A stretch of 44,334 bases of DNA, taken from assembly GCA_001787125.1 (NCBI GenBank), contig MFVU01000002.1, positions 1 to 44,334 on the forward strand. Reading direction: 5' to 3'. Source of the DNA: Candidatus Nomurabacteria bacterium RIFCSPLOWO2_12_FULL_44_11. GTDB lineage: Bacteria > Patescibacteriota > Minisyncoccia > Phycocordibacterales > UBA9973. The number at the start of each line of letters is the position of its first letter. Position 1 is the stretch's first letter. Made by a program: the position numbers and the translations under genes. The notes under the pieces are model-generated. The model was not told where the DNA came from, did no database searches, and saw only the letters and a list, made by a program, of their open reading frames with translations. Shown piece by piece: positions 8,723 through 17,213 of the stretch.

Positions 8723-9688
8723 ATGAAAAAGAGAAAGAACGTCGTGGTCATCGGCGGAAAAAACGGCAGTTCCCGGGTTCTCTTTGGTCTCCGAAGATAC
8801 CCCATGAACATTACCGCCATCGTGAATACCTTTGACAGTGGCGGTAGCACCGGTATTTTAAGGCGGGAATTCGGCACGCTGCCCTTCGGTGACATTCGTG
8901 GCGCCTTGACCGCGCTCTCTTCCGACAAAGAGGTCCGAACCTTGCGAGAATTATTCAATTTCCGCTTCAAGGAAACTGACTCCTTGCAGGGGCATAGTTT
9001 CGGCAACTTGTTTTTACAAGCGCTGACCCTGTCTTTAGGCAGTGAAATAAAGGCCATTAAAAAAGCGGCCGAACTTCTGAAAATCAAAGGCACAGTCCTA
9101 CCAATCTCGACAGATAACGCCCATATTCACGCAATTCTGGAGGATGGACGACATATCAAGGGGGAGGCCAATATAGATGTTCCTAAACATAACGGCGACT
9201 TGAGTATAAACAAAATTATGCTTTTTCCGAGAGCTAGATTGTATCGAGAATCACGCCAAGCCATTTTGGCAGCCGATTATATTATTTTTGCTCCCGGCGA
9301 TTTATATAGTTCACTCCTGCCAAATACTCTGGTCAAAGGATTTACCGAGGCCTTTTCGAAATCAAAAGCGAAAGTGATTTATATTCCAAATCTGATGACC
9401 AAATGGGGTGAGACCAATAATTTTTCCGCTGTTGATTTCGTGACCACCCTTTTGCGGTATTTAAAACTCGAAAAACTTGATTTTGTAATCTGCAATTCCA
9501 AACGTGTCAGGCAGTCCTTAGTGAAAAAATACAAGAAAGAAAAAGCTACTCCGGTAGTTATTGACACAAAGCAGTTAAGAAGATATAGTAATAACGTTAT
9601 TTCCGGCGACATCATTGCGGAGCAAACATTTATTCGGCACGATTCCATCAAATTAGCGAGATATTTAAATAAAATAATCAATTCATAA
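8723..9688 (+). CDS. YvcK/CofD-family protein (UPF0052, gluconeogenesis-factor-like)
   Basis: 321 aa. VVVIGGKNGSSRVLFGL ... AIVNTFDSGGSTGILRREFGTLPFGDIRGAL matches the YvcK/CofD N-terminal signature. Confidence 0.8.
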   Translation: MKKRKNVVVIGGKNGSSRVLFGLRRYPMNITAIVNTFDSGGSTGILRREFGTLPFGDIRGALTALSSDKEVRTLRELFNFRFKETDSLQGHSFGNLFLQALTLSLGSEIKAIKKAAELLKIKGTVLPISTDNAHIHAILEDGRHIKGEANIDVPKHNGDLSINKIMLFPRARLYRESRQAILAADYIIFAPGDLYSSLLPNTLVKGFTEAFSKSKAKVIYIPNLMTKWGETNNFSAVDFVTTLLRYLKLEKLDFVICNSKRVRQSLVKKYKKEKATPVVIDTKQLRRYSNNVISGDIIAEQTFIRHDSIKLARYLNKIINS

Positions 9689-9690
9689 AT

Positions 9691-10320
9691 ATGAGCAACA
9701 TTGTTATTTTTGATTTTGACGGAGTTTTATTCAATACACTAAAATTCAAGTCGAAAATTGCGGCAGTCTTAGAGCGTTATGACCCACGTTTTACACCTGC
9801 TTTAGTCGAAAGAAGGTATGCCGAAATGCGAACAACAAAAGAACCGTTCTCACTTATAACTTTTTTGCTTCTGTTTCTCCAGCCAGGGCAAACGGAAGAT
9901 GCTTACGGAGAATTATTGGGCTTGGTCACAGAATGCCTAAATCAAGAGGCCGTAAATTTCTTAAGAAAACAAAAAAAGGAAAACTGTTTTTTAGTTACCA
10001 ATGGGGATGAAGAATTTCAAAACGACAAAATTAACGCAGCGGGTTTGAGGGGTTTCTTTAATAAAGTCCGAATCGTTCCTGGTTCTAAGAAACAGCCCGT
10101 AGAAGAAATTTGCGCCACTTATCCTAATGAGAAAGTAATTTTCACTGACGATAAGCCAGAATTTTTTACGGATCTTGATCTGAAAAAATATCCTAACTTA
10201 GTAACTGTTCAATATGAAGGGCCAGCTAGCGTAGCGGAGTTGGAATTAGCGAGTGCTAGCCCGCTGGCGCAAGAAATGTTGAGACATGGCTCGAAATTTG
10301 CTGGAAAATTTTTGACATAG
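9691..10320 (+). CDS. HAD-superfamily hydrolase
   Basis: 209 aa with N-terminal DxDG motif IVIFDFDGVLFNT and a later TDDK acidic motif. Starts 2 nt after the yvcK-like stop. Confidence 0.7.
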   Translation: MSNIVIFDFDGVLFNTLKFKSKIAAVLERYDPRFTPALVERRYAEMRTTKEPFSLITFLLLFLQPGQTEDAYGELLGLVTECLNQEAVNFLRKQKKENCFLVTNGDEEFQNDKINAAGLRGFFNKVRIVPGSKKQPVEEICATYPNEKVIFTDDKPEFFTDLDLKKYPNLVTVQYEGPASVAELELASASPLAQEMLRHGSKFAGKFLT

Positions 10321-10324
10321 GCTT

Positions 10325-11710
10325 TTATTTCCAATACCTCTCTACTACATGATGCTCTTCGGGGCCGGTACCTACGTAGATAATTTTTCTGCCAAGAGTT
10401 TTTTCCAGGAATTTTATATAACTTAGGGCTTGAGGCGGCAGTTTACTGCCATAATCAAACAATCTTCCCTTCCAGACCGGAAAGGTTTTATAAATTGGCT
10501 TAATTTTTACCCGAGAAAGGTCGAAGGGAACACGATCTGTTTTTTTGCCATTGATTGTATAATGCGTGCAAATTTTTACTTTTTTAAAACCAGAAAGCAC
10601 ATCAAGTTTCGTCAGAATCAGCTTGGACGCATTGTTCATGTTTATCGCATATTTGAGCAAGGGTATGTCGACCCAGCCAGTTCGGCGCAGACGTCCGGTA
10701 GTTGCACCAATCTCGTTGCCAAGTTTTCGGAGGGCAATCCCTTGCTCGAATTCATCGCGGCTATTCGGATTAGGATTGGAAAATTTTTCTTTTTCGTCTG
10801 GAACTTTTTTATCTCGACACCATACCCTGGAGCGAATACCACCCAGTTCCGTCGGAAAAGGCCCTTCACCCACCTTGGTAGCGTAGGCCTTTAAAATCCC
10901 GATAGCTTCCCCTACCCAATGCGGAGAAATACCGAGTCCGGTGGCAACACCGCCGGCAATGGTATGTGAGGAAGTAACAAACGGGTAGTGACCGAAACGA
11001 ACATCCAAAAGTGCGCCTTGCGCACCCTCTGCGATAACTTTTTCCCCTGCATTTAGAGCCCTTTCAACTATTTCGCTTGAATCGGCCACTTGGAGCGATT
11101 GAATGAATTTAATGCCTGCCCAAAATTTTTTTTCGCTCCTGCTTAATTCATTACCTTTCCATTTATATTTAAATACTTTCTCCAATGTTTCTTTATGCTC
11201 TTTTTTTAAGGCCGCGTATTTTTTCTTGAAGTCCGGGTTGTAAATATCTCCTACCCGGAGAGCTCTTCGTAGGACAAGATCGGTATAGGACGGCGAAATC
11301 CCTTTACCAGTTGAGCCGATCCTTCTTTGGCCTTTAGTATGTTCGGAGACCGAATCAAGCAGGATGTGCGTTGGCAAAGTAAGCACAGCATGAGGAGAAA
11401 TAGTCATTCGGTGAAGAAATTTCACTTTTTTTGGAATCGTTGAGGCCTCCTCGCGCAAGGCGCCAGGGTTTACTACCATACCGGCACCTAGATGAATTTG
11501 CGCGCGCCCGAAAACTCCAGAAGGTATCAGATGAAATACATAACATTTTCCATCATGCCAAATAGTATGCCCAGCGTTATTCCCACCTTGAAAACGAACA
11601 ATTAGGTCCTGCGAAGAGAGACCAGAGGCAATCCTCGCAACCCCTTTTCCTTTGCCTTCGTCTCCCCACTGCAGACCAATTATAGGAATTATTTTTGATT
11701 TTTTACTCAT
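10325..11710 (-). CDS. purA: adenylosuccinate synthetase
   Basis: GLQWGDEGKGKG P-loop, GGNNAGHT, GATTGRLRRTGW. Start set at ATG 11710 ([12 protein letters not shown]), overlapping the guaB stop by 8 nt. The track extension to 11839 lies inside guaB. Confidence 0.92.
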   Translation of the reverse strand: MSKKSKIIPIIGLQWGDEGKGKGVARIASGLSSQDLIVRFQGGNNAGHTIWHDGKCYVFHLIPSGVFGRAQIHLGAGMVVNPGALREEASTIPKKVKFLHRMTISPHAVLTLPTHILLDSVSEHTKGQRRIGSTGKGISPSYTDLVLRRALRVGDIYNPDFKKKYAALKKEHKETLEKVFKYKWKGNELSRSEKKFWAGIKFIQSLQVADSSEIVERALNAGEKVIAEGAQGALLDVRFGHYPFVTSSHTIAGGVATGLGISPHWVGEAIGILKAYATKVGEGPFPTELGGIRSRVWCRDKKVPDEKEKFSNPNPNSRDEFEQGIALRKLGNEIGATTGRLRRTGWVDIPLLKYAINMNNASKLILTKLDVLSGFKKVKICTHYTINGKKTDRVPFDLSRVKIKPIYKTFPVWKGRLFDYGSKLPPQALSYIKFLEKTLGRKIIYVGTGPEEHHVVERYWK

Positions 11711-13241
11711 CACTTGCCTTGGTGTAATTAGGAGTTGGACTGACCATGAAAATATCATGGATATGGCTCTCACGCAGTCCTGCGGACGTAATGGAGTAGT
11801 AAGAAGCACTGCGCAGTTCGGAGATATTTTTTGCGCCAAGATATCCCATTCCCGCGCGCAGGCCGCCGATGTATTGATGAATCACTTCGGCTACTCCACC
11901 TTTATATGGCACATGAGCGGAAACTCCTTCGGGAACAAGCTTGATAGGATCATACTGGTCATCTTGAAAATATCGATCTCGCGACCCTCTTTGCATGGCG
12001 TCCACGGAACCCATGCCTCTATATTTTTTAAATTTTTGGTCGTTGCTTACAATCACATCCCCAGGCGCCTCATCTGTTCCAGCAAAAGTGCTACCGGTCA
12101 TAATTGTTTCTGCTCCGAAAACTAAGGCCTTGACCACATCTCCGCTGTACTTGATACCGCCGTCGGCAATCACCGGAATACTAAGCGGGCCGCATACTTT
12201 ATACACTGCTAAAATAGCAGATAATTGAGGAGCACCGACACCGGCTACGATACGGGTGGTGCAGATTGAACCCGGACCTATTCCCACTTTGACGGCATTG
12301 GCTCCGGCCCTAATAAGAGCTAGGGCTGCCTCACCGGTGGCGATATTTCCGGCAATGATATCGAGATTGGGGTACTTCGCACGGACATTCTTCACAACGT
12401 CTAGAACACCTTTGGAATGCCCATGCGCTGTGTCTACGCAAATTACATCTACACCGCTCTGCACCAACGCTTGGACTCGTTCCATGGCGTCTTTGCCAGT
12501 GCCAACCGCCGCGCCGACTCGAAGATGTCCCTCGTTGTCCTTGGTAGCATTCGGATATTCTCTGGATTTCACCATGTCACGATGCGTAATAAGACCGACT
12601 AGTTTGTTATTTTTGTCAATGAGGGGCAATTTTTCAATCCCGTGCTTCCTAAACAAATCATTCGCCTCAGCCAAAGTCGTGTTCGGTGTCCCGGTAATTA
12701 ATTTTGTAGTCATTACTTTTTTAATAGAAACATTTTCGCTCTTCTCGATGGTTTCAAAGCGTAAGTCGCGATTGGTAACGATACCCATAAGCGTTCTTTT
12801 TGAGTCGATGATCGGCACACCGCTGATGTTATGCTTTTTTTGGATGCGGAGAGCATCACCTACCGTGGCGGTGTCCGGAAGCGTAATCGGATCGATAATC
12901 TTCCCCGATTCAAAGCGTTTGACGGCCAGAACCTGATTTACTTGTTCGGTTATTGATAGGTTTTTGTGAATAATGCCGATACCGCCTTGCTGAGCCATGG
13001 CGATGGCCATGCGGTTCTCCGTCACCGTGTCCATAGCGGCGGAAATGAAAGGAATATATAAAGTGATATTTTTAGTCAGGCGAGTTTTGATAATCACATC
13101 TTTCGGCAGAACCTCGCTATAGCCGGGCACCAACAAAACATCATCGAATGTAAGCCCAGCCCCCAATATCTTTGGCAGAGATACCCGCCCGCCTGAACGA
13201 GCGTTCGGGCGGGCCTTTTGTTTGGAATTCTTGATAGGCAT
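11703..13241 (-). CDS. guaB: IMP dehydrogenase
   Basis: [16 protein letters not shown], a tandem CBS insert, catalytic [11 protein letters not shown], and [12 protein letters not shown]. The N-terminal 27 aa include a palindromic repeat. An alternative TTG start nearer GLTFDD cannot be excluded. Confidence 0.92.
   Translation of the reverse strand: MPIKNSKQKARPNARSGGRVSLPKILGAGLTFDDVLLVPGYSEVLPKDVIIKTRLTKNITLYIPFISAAMDTVTENRMAIAMAQQGGIGIIHKNLSITEQVNQVLAVKRFESGKIIDPITLPDTATVGDALRIQKKHNISGVPIIDSKRTLMGIVTNRDLRFETIEKSENVSIKKVMTTKLITGTPNTTLAEANDLFRKHGIEKLPLIDKNNKLVGLITHRDMVKSREYPNATKDNEGHLRVGAAVGTGKDAMERVQALVQSGVDVICVDTAHGHSKGVLDVVKNVRAKYPNLDIIAGNIATGEAALALIRAGANAVKVGIGPGSICTTRIVAGVGAPQLSAILAVYKVCGPLSIPVIADGGIKYSGDVVKALVFGAETIMTGSTFAGTDEAPGDVIVSNDQKFKKYRGMGSVDAMQRGSRDRYFQDDQYDPIKLVPEGVSAHVPYKGGVAEVIHQYIGGLRAGMGYLGAKNISELRSASYYSITSAGLRESHIHDIFMVSPTPNYTKASDE
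13183..13215. repeat. GC-rich palindromic repeat, copy 1 (guaB 5' end)
   Basis: acccgcccgcctgaacgagcgttcgggcgggcc forms a 12-bp stem (one T-G pair) around a 2-nt loop. About 26 of 33 positions match the copy at 25041-25073. Confidence 0.8.
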
Positions 13242-13286
13242 ATTACTTATCTAATATACACGGGAATATAGGGATAGTCAAACCCG

Positions 13287-14393
13287 TTATTTTCCTGGAA
13301 TTTCTTTTTCTGGCTCTTGGTCAAGATTAATTATTCCAGCAACCAATTTGGAATATTTAGTCATCAATACTCGAGATTTTTCTTTTAGCCCCAAATCACG
13401 CTCCATTATCTCGACAGTTTGTTTTTTAGATTGATCGTAAATTCTCGGGGGGATTGATTGATCCTCATATAAAAATTTTCTCGCTTCCTTTTCAAAATCC
13501 TCCCACAGTAATGCGAGCCGCTCTTCCGTTTCGGAAAGAGTTTCCTTGCGCAGCATTTTTTTTAGGTAAGCTAGATACATCGCGACAAGTCGTTGTGTTT
13601 CCACGAGGAGCCGATAAGTTGGATAGTCCTTAAATTCATTTGCACGGAATTCAACTCTCAGATTAGATCGATTTTTAGGTTCAGGTTCAGCCCGGTCATA
13701 TTTGTAGGCAAGATCTGTTTTTCTCGCCATAATGCGCGCAGGACTACTATAAGCATAAACAAATAAATCATTAAGTAAAACTGTATCCTTTTGGTGCGAC
13801 AATAAATCTCCAAATATGATATGTCCCGGTACGCCGAAATTGACATGCATCGAAATAGGTTCCTCATCTTTAGGAATCAAGCCCAGTTTTGAAAGATCTT
13901 CAAGAATGCGTCCTTGTGTCCAGGGGCTATAAGTGAATTTAGGTTTGAATTCATGTAGGGACCAGCGTTCTCTGGTGTTGGGTATTCCAATCCGTCTTAA
14001 TAAAAATTCATGACCCGAGTTCACTACTTTTTTGGGTACCTCAATTTCTACTCCAACCGTCGGCAAACAATTTTTTGGATCAGAAAACTTTTTCTCAATA
14101 TCTGCGATCCTCCTAAGTCGTCCCTCAATCTTTTCGTTAATTTCCAGAGTATCTGTTTTTGGGCTAGAAAGTATGGAGACCAGTAAATATAGTTTTAATG
14201 CCGGTAAGGCCGATGAAGCAGAAAATTCTCTATGGTCTTCAAAAAAATCATTGACTGAATCAAAAGCTTGCCCCAATCTGTCGCCAGAGATTTTTTCAAT
14301 CAATCCATCCTGGTTTCCTACAAAGGAAATTCTTTCACCTTCAAAAATACTGATTATTCTGGGATTTCTTGGTGGTCCATCATATTTAGGCAT
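13287..14393 (-). CDS. hypothetical protein with glutamine-synthetase-like amidoligase (COOH-NH2 ligase) motif pattern
   Basis: 368-aa ORF with no overlaps. Ordered motifs TVGVEIEV (ExE), ISMHVNFG (His strand) and LRVEFRANEF (ExR) resemble GCS2/YbdK and Amidoligase_2-type proteins. The functional call is inference from motifs only. Confidence 0.55.
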   Translation of the reverse strand: MPKYDGPPRNPRIISIFEGERISFVGNQDGLIEKISGDRLGQAFDSVNDFFEDHREFSASSALPALKLYLLVSILSSPKTDTLEINEKIEGRLRRIADIEKKFSDPKNCLPTVGVEIEVPKKVVNSGHEFLLRRIGIPNTRERWSLHEFKPKFTYSPWTQGRILEDLSKLGLIPKDEEPISMHVNFGVPGHIIFGDLLSHQKDTVLLNDLFVYAYSSPARIMARKTDLAYKYDRAEPEPKNRSNLRVEFRANEFKDYPTYRLLVETQRLVAMYLAYLKKMLRKETLSETEERLALLWEDFEKEARKFLYEDQSIPPRIYDQSKKQTVEIMERDLGLKEKSRVLMTKYSKLVAGIINLDQEPEKEIPGK

Positions 14394-14413
14394 AATTGCT
14401 CTACTTCATTATA

Positions 14414-15484
14414 TCAAATTTGAGTGATTTCGCAGCCTCTTGGATAAATTATCAAATCATCCTTGGAATGCACCCAGGTTTGCTGAATGGCGTCAAGAAT
14501 CCGCCAACTCTCGAGCACCTCGTCGCTCGAAATAAATAGACCATGATTGCCCAGGACAGCGGCAGTGATGACTCGCTCATACGCATCGGGTTCTGGGTCA
14601 ATATTAAATATTAGATTTTTCACATCATTGTAGGTAATTCGAATCTGGGTAAGTTTTTCTTTCATGGCCTTACCGGTAACAAGTTTAATAGCTATTCCTT
14701 GCCATCTTGGATCATTTGATACCATATTAATATAAACAAAAGTTTCTACCATACTTTCGGGATTATTTACTTCCTTCCGATAGCCTTCATACTGGCCTCG
14801 TTTTACACATTCCTGTTTAGTGATATCGCATACCACCTCTAGGTTTTTTAGGGCAGCTACGCGGAGTTCGCGAATATTTTTGCCGCCATTGGTCATTAAA
14901 GTAAGCGCAGCGAGCTCAAGTAAATGACTCTGCACAAAGTCCTGAAGTGCGCCGGTTTGTTCATAAAAATTAACTCTGCCTTCAATACCGAGTTTTTCAC
15001 TGGCAAGAATTTCAATGCTCCTTATGTTATTTTTCTCCCAGCTTTTTTTTATTATCCCTTGCACTGAGTTTTTTACTAAATAGTGGTCGACACGATAAAT
15101 CTCATTTTCTTTAAAGTGCTTTTTGATGTGGACCACTAGGTCTTCCGCGCTGGTTAAATCGTGACCGAAAGGTTTTTCCAGCAATAATTTATATTTCCCC
15201 TTTTTCAGTCCGGATGTCTCAATGAAATCTACAACTTCCTTGCAAGCGTGAGGTGGGACAGCTAAATAAAATAATTTTTGCACAGTGCCACCCAATTCCG
15301 ACTCCGCTTCAGTAACGCGTACTAAGAGAGTTTCATAATTTAATCGTGATGCCCCGATCAATCGGAATTTTGGCGGTAGGGTGCCCTCATCTTTCATCTT
15401 TTTAATTACAGGAAGCAAAAAACGCTGAGCCAAATCCCCCGTGATTCCAAAGAGAATCAGGATTGTAGGCTGCGCGTCACTCAT
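14414..15484 (-). CDS. zwf: glucose-6-phosphate 1-dehydrogenase (compact form)
   Basis: GITGDLAQRFLLP (GxxGDLA), EKPFGHDL, RVDHYLVKN, GALQDFVQSHLLE. Only 356 aa, against roughly 480-500 aa for typical bacterial Zwf as I recall. Confidence 0.85.
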   Translation of the reverse strand: MSDAQPTILILFGITGDLAQRFLLPVIKKMKDEGTLPPKFRLIGASRLNYETLLVRVTEAESELGGTVQKLFYLAVPPHACKEVVDFIETSGLKKGKYKLLLEKPFGHDLTSAEDLVVHIKKHFKENEIYRVDHYLVKNSVQGIIKKSWEKNNIRSIEILASEKLGIEGRVNFYEQTGALQDFVQSHLLELAALTLMTNGGKNIRELRVAALKNLEVVCDITKQECVKRGQYEGYRKEVNNPESMVETFVYINMVSNDPRWQGIAIKLVTGKAMKEKLTQIRITYNDVKNLIFNIDPEPDAYERVITAAVLGNHGLFISSDEVLESWRILDAIQQTWVHSKDDLIIYPRGCEITQI

Positions 15485-16383
15485 TTATTTATTTTATGTC
15501 CACCAAAAGCGTTGCGCATCGCCGCAAGTAATTTTGTGGCAAAATTCACTTTGCCTTTTTGGGAATCGAGCCGGACATCGAAAGCTGCCTGCATCGCCGG
15601 TGTCTCGATGCCTAATTGTTTTGCTACTCCTAGCGCCCAGCGCGCTTCACCGGATTCAGCTACGAATCCCTCAATACCTGTCAACTCCGGGTTTTCTTTG
15701 AAAGCATCACGGGATAGTTCGTTGAGCCAGGAAGTAACCACGCTATGATGTTGCCAAACATCACCAGCTCGATAGAGATCCAGGTTTTTATAGGGTCCTT
15801 CCTTGAGCAAGCGGTAGCCCTCCGCTAGGCTCTCCATCATTCCGTATTCGATGGCATTATGAGTCATTTTAACGAAATGTCCTGCGCCGCTTTCTCCAAA
15901 ATGCCAGTAGGCACCCTCTGGCTTGGCTAGTGTCTTTAGAATCGGTTCAATCTCAAGGAAAGATTGCCTATCGCCTCCGGCCATCATGGCAAAACCGTTT
16001 TGGTAACCCCAAATTCCCCCGCTAGTGCCGACATCGAGATAATTTGACCCCAGAGCCGTAACTTTTTTTGACCTTTCCTTCGTTAGCCGAAAATCAGAAT
16101 TCCCACCGTCGATAATGATGCCCCCTTTCGGCAAAAGTTTGAGCCAATTATCGAGTTCGATATCCATAATCTCTGTCGGTAGCATCAGCCAAATAATCAC
16201 CTTGTCCTGGCCGAAGCACGCTACCACTTCCTCCTTTGAATATGCCGGCAGCATACCCAGTTTCTTCATCTCGTCTATTGTTTCCTTTTTTGCGTCGTGG
16301 GCGATGATCGTGAAATTATCCTCGTGGAGTTTCCTAGCAATCTGCCCTCCCATCTTACCCAAACCGATGACCGCTATTTTCAT
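15481..16383 (-). CDS. gnd: 6-phosphogluconate dehydrogenase, short (YqeC-like) form
   Basis: KIAVIGLGKMGGQIARKL Rossmann motif and HFVKMTHNAIEYGMM. ATGA overlaps with both neighbours. Confidence 0.85.
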   Translation of the reverse strand: MKIAVIGLGKMGGQIARKLHEDNFTIIAHDAKKETIDEMKKLGMLPAYSKEEVVACFGQDKVIIWLMLPTEIMDIELDNWLKLLPKGGIIIDGGNSDFRLTKERSKKVTALGSNYLDVGTSGGIWGYQNGFAMMAGGDRQSFLEIEPILKTLAKPEGAYWHFGESGAGHFVKMTHNAIEYGMMESLAEGYRLLKEGPYKNLDLYRAGDVWQHHSVVTSWLNELSRDAFKENPELTGIEGFVAESGEARWALGVAKQLGIETPAMQAAFDVRLDSQKGKVNFATKLLAAMRNAFGGHKINK

Positions 16384-17042
16384 AGATCTTTTTTATAATC
16401 CGTAAATATTGTTAATAATGGGACCCTTTTTAAAATTTGTGCCGGTTGTTTTGTAACATCCTCCTCTCCTTCGAGATCTTGAAGTGTCTTCCACTTGGCC
16501 TCGCCCTTTGCAAAAACAATAACTTCGTCTATTCTCTGTATTGCTTTTGAGGTAAGGGTAATACGATCAAATTTTTCTGCTTTGTACCAACATGCAAGGT
16601 GTTCGTCACTCACCGCGACGCTACCAGGCATGATACCGGCTGTATGCCCGTTCTCTCCAATACCAAACAGCCCGATTCTATAATTGGCACCATCCAATTC
16701 CTGCTTTAGTATATCATTGAATTTACTGGTTGTATTAATAATGTTCTCACCCGTGAGCACTTGAATTAATTTCGCTTCAGGCAGTCGAAGGCCGGCATCG
16801 AGGAGTCCTTGCCAATTTGAGTCCTGATGTCCTGGGGGGCCGTAACGTTCATCGGTCAAAGTAACACTGAGGTTGCTATGTGAGAATTTAGCAATAATCC
16901 GGGATGTTTCCGCAGCTACGGCTATGGCAGAGCCGCCTGGGACAAACCATAATACTGTCCTTCCGGATTTTAATTTGTCGATGATTTTATTCGCCACAAA
17001 TTTGGCGACAATTTTTATATCAGTTTCATTTTTGAATTCCAT
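16380..17042 (-). CDS. pgl: 6-phosphogluconolactonase
   Basis: FVPGGSA, LTDERYGPPGHQDSN and GIGENGHTAGI match the SugarP_isomerase/Pgl family. First gene after tRNA-Gln. Confidence 0.8.
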   Translation of the reverse strand: MEFKNETDIKIVAKFVANKIIDKLKSGRTVLWFVPGGSAIAVAAETSRIIAKFSHSNLSVTLTDERYGPPGHQDSNWQGLLDAGLRLPEAKLIQVLTGENIINTTSKFNDILKQELDGANYRIGLFGIGENGHTAGIMPGSVAVSDEHLACWYKAEKFDRITLTSKAIQRIDEVIVFAKGEAKWKTLQDLEGEEDVTKQPAQILKRVPLLTIFTDYKKDL

Positions 17043-17049
17043 AGTCAGG

Positions 17050-17120
17050 CTGCGGGACTTGGACTCGAACCAAGATACCAGCCTCCAAAGGGCCGTGTCC
17101 TACCATTAGACGATCCCGCA
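17050..17120 (-). tRNA. tRNA-Gln (anticodon UUG)
   Basis: Hand-folded cloverleaf: acceptor TGCGGGA/TCCCGCA (U1-A72), D arm GTCT/GGAC, anticodon stem CGGCC/GGCTG with loop CTTTGGA, T arm CTTGG-TTCGAGT-CCAAG, discriminator G. CCA is not encoded. Confidence 0.9.
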
Positions 17121-17213
17121 ATACAGGATGCAGTATATCAATATTTATTTTTCTCCACAAATTTCCACCAGTGCGAGTTCGAGAGGTAATTCCGCATAAT
17201 TAGCAAACGAGCG

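Noticed and set aside
8659-9093. N-terminal 145-codon extension of the purL ORF in the six-frame track
   Set aside because: The extension is low-complexity, overlaps the divergent yvcK-like gene and its promoter, and lies upstream of a good extended -10. PurL-like sequence begins at MISRIYVTPKG (ATG 8658).
11711-11839. 43-codon extension of the purA ORF
   Set aside because: It lies inside guaB coding sequence. The P-loop-proximal ATG at 11710 fits PurA N-termini.
12256-12936. Long antisense ORFs inside conserved genes (226 aa opposite guaB; also 2599-3132, 1815-2345, 7466-7855, 10430-10894, 11652-12125)
   Set aside because: Each lies wholly within a strongly supported conserved gene on the other strand and has low-complexity composition. 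I treat them as shadow ORFs.
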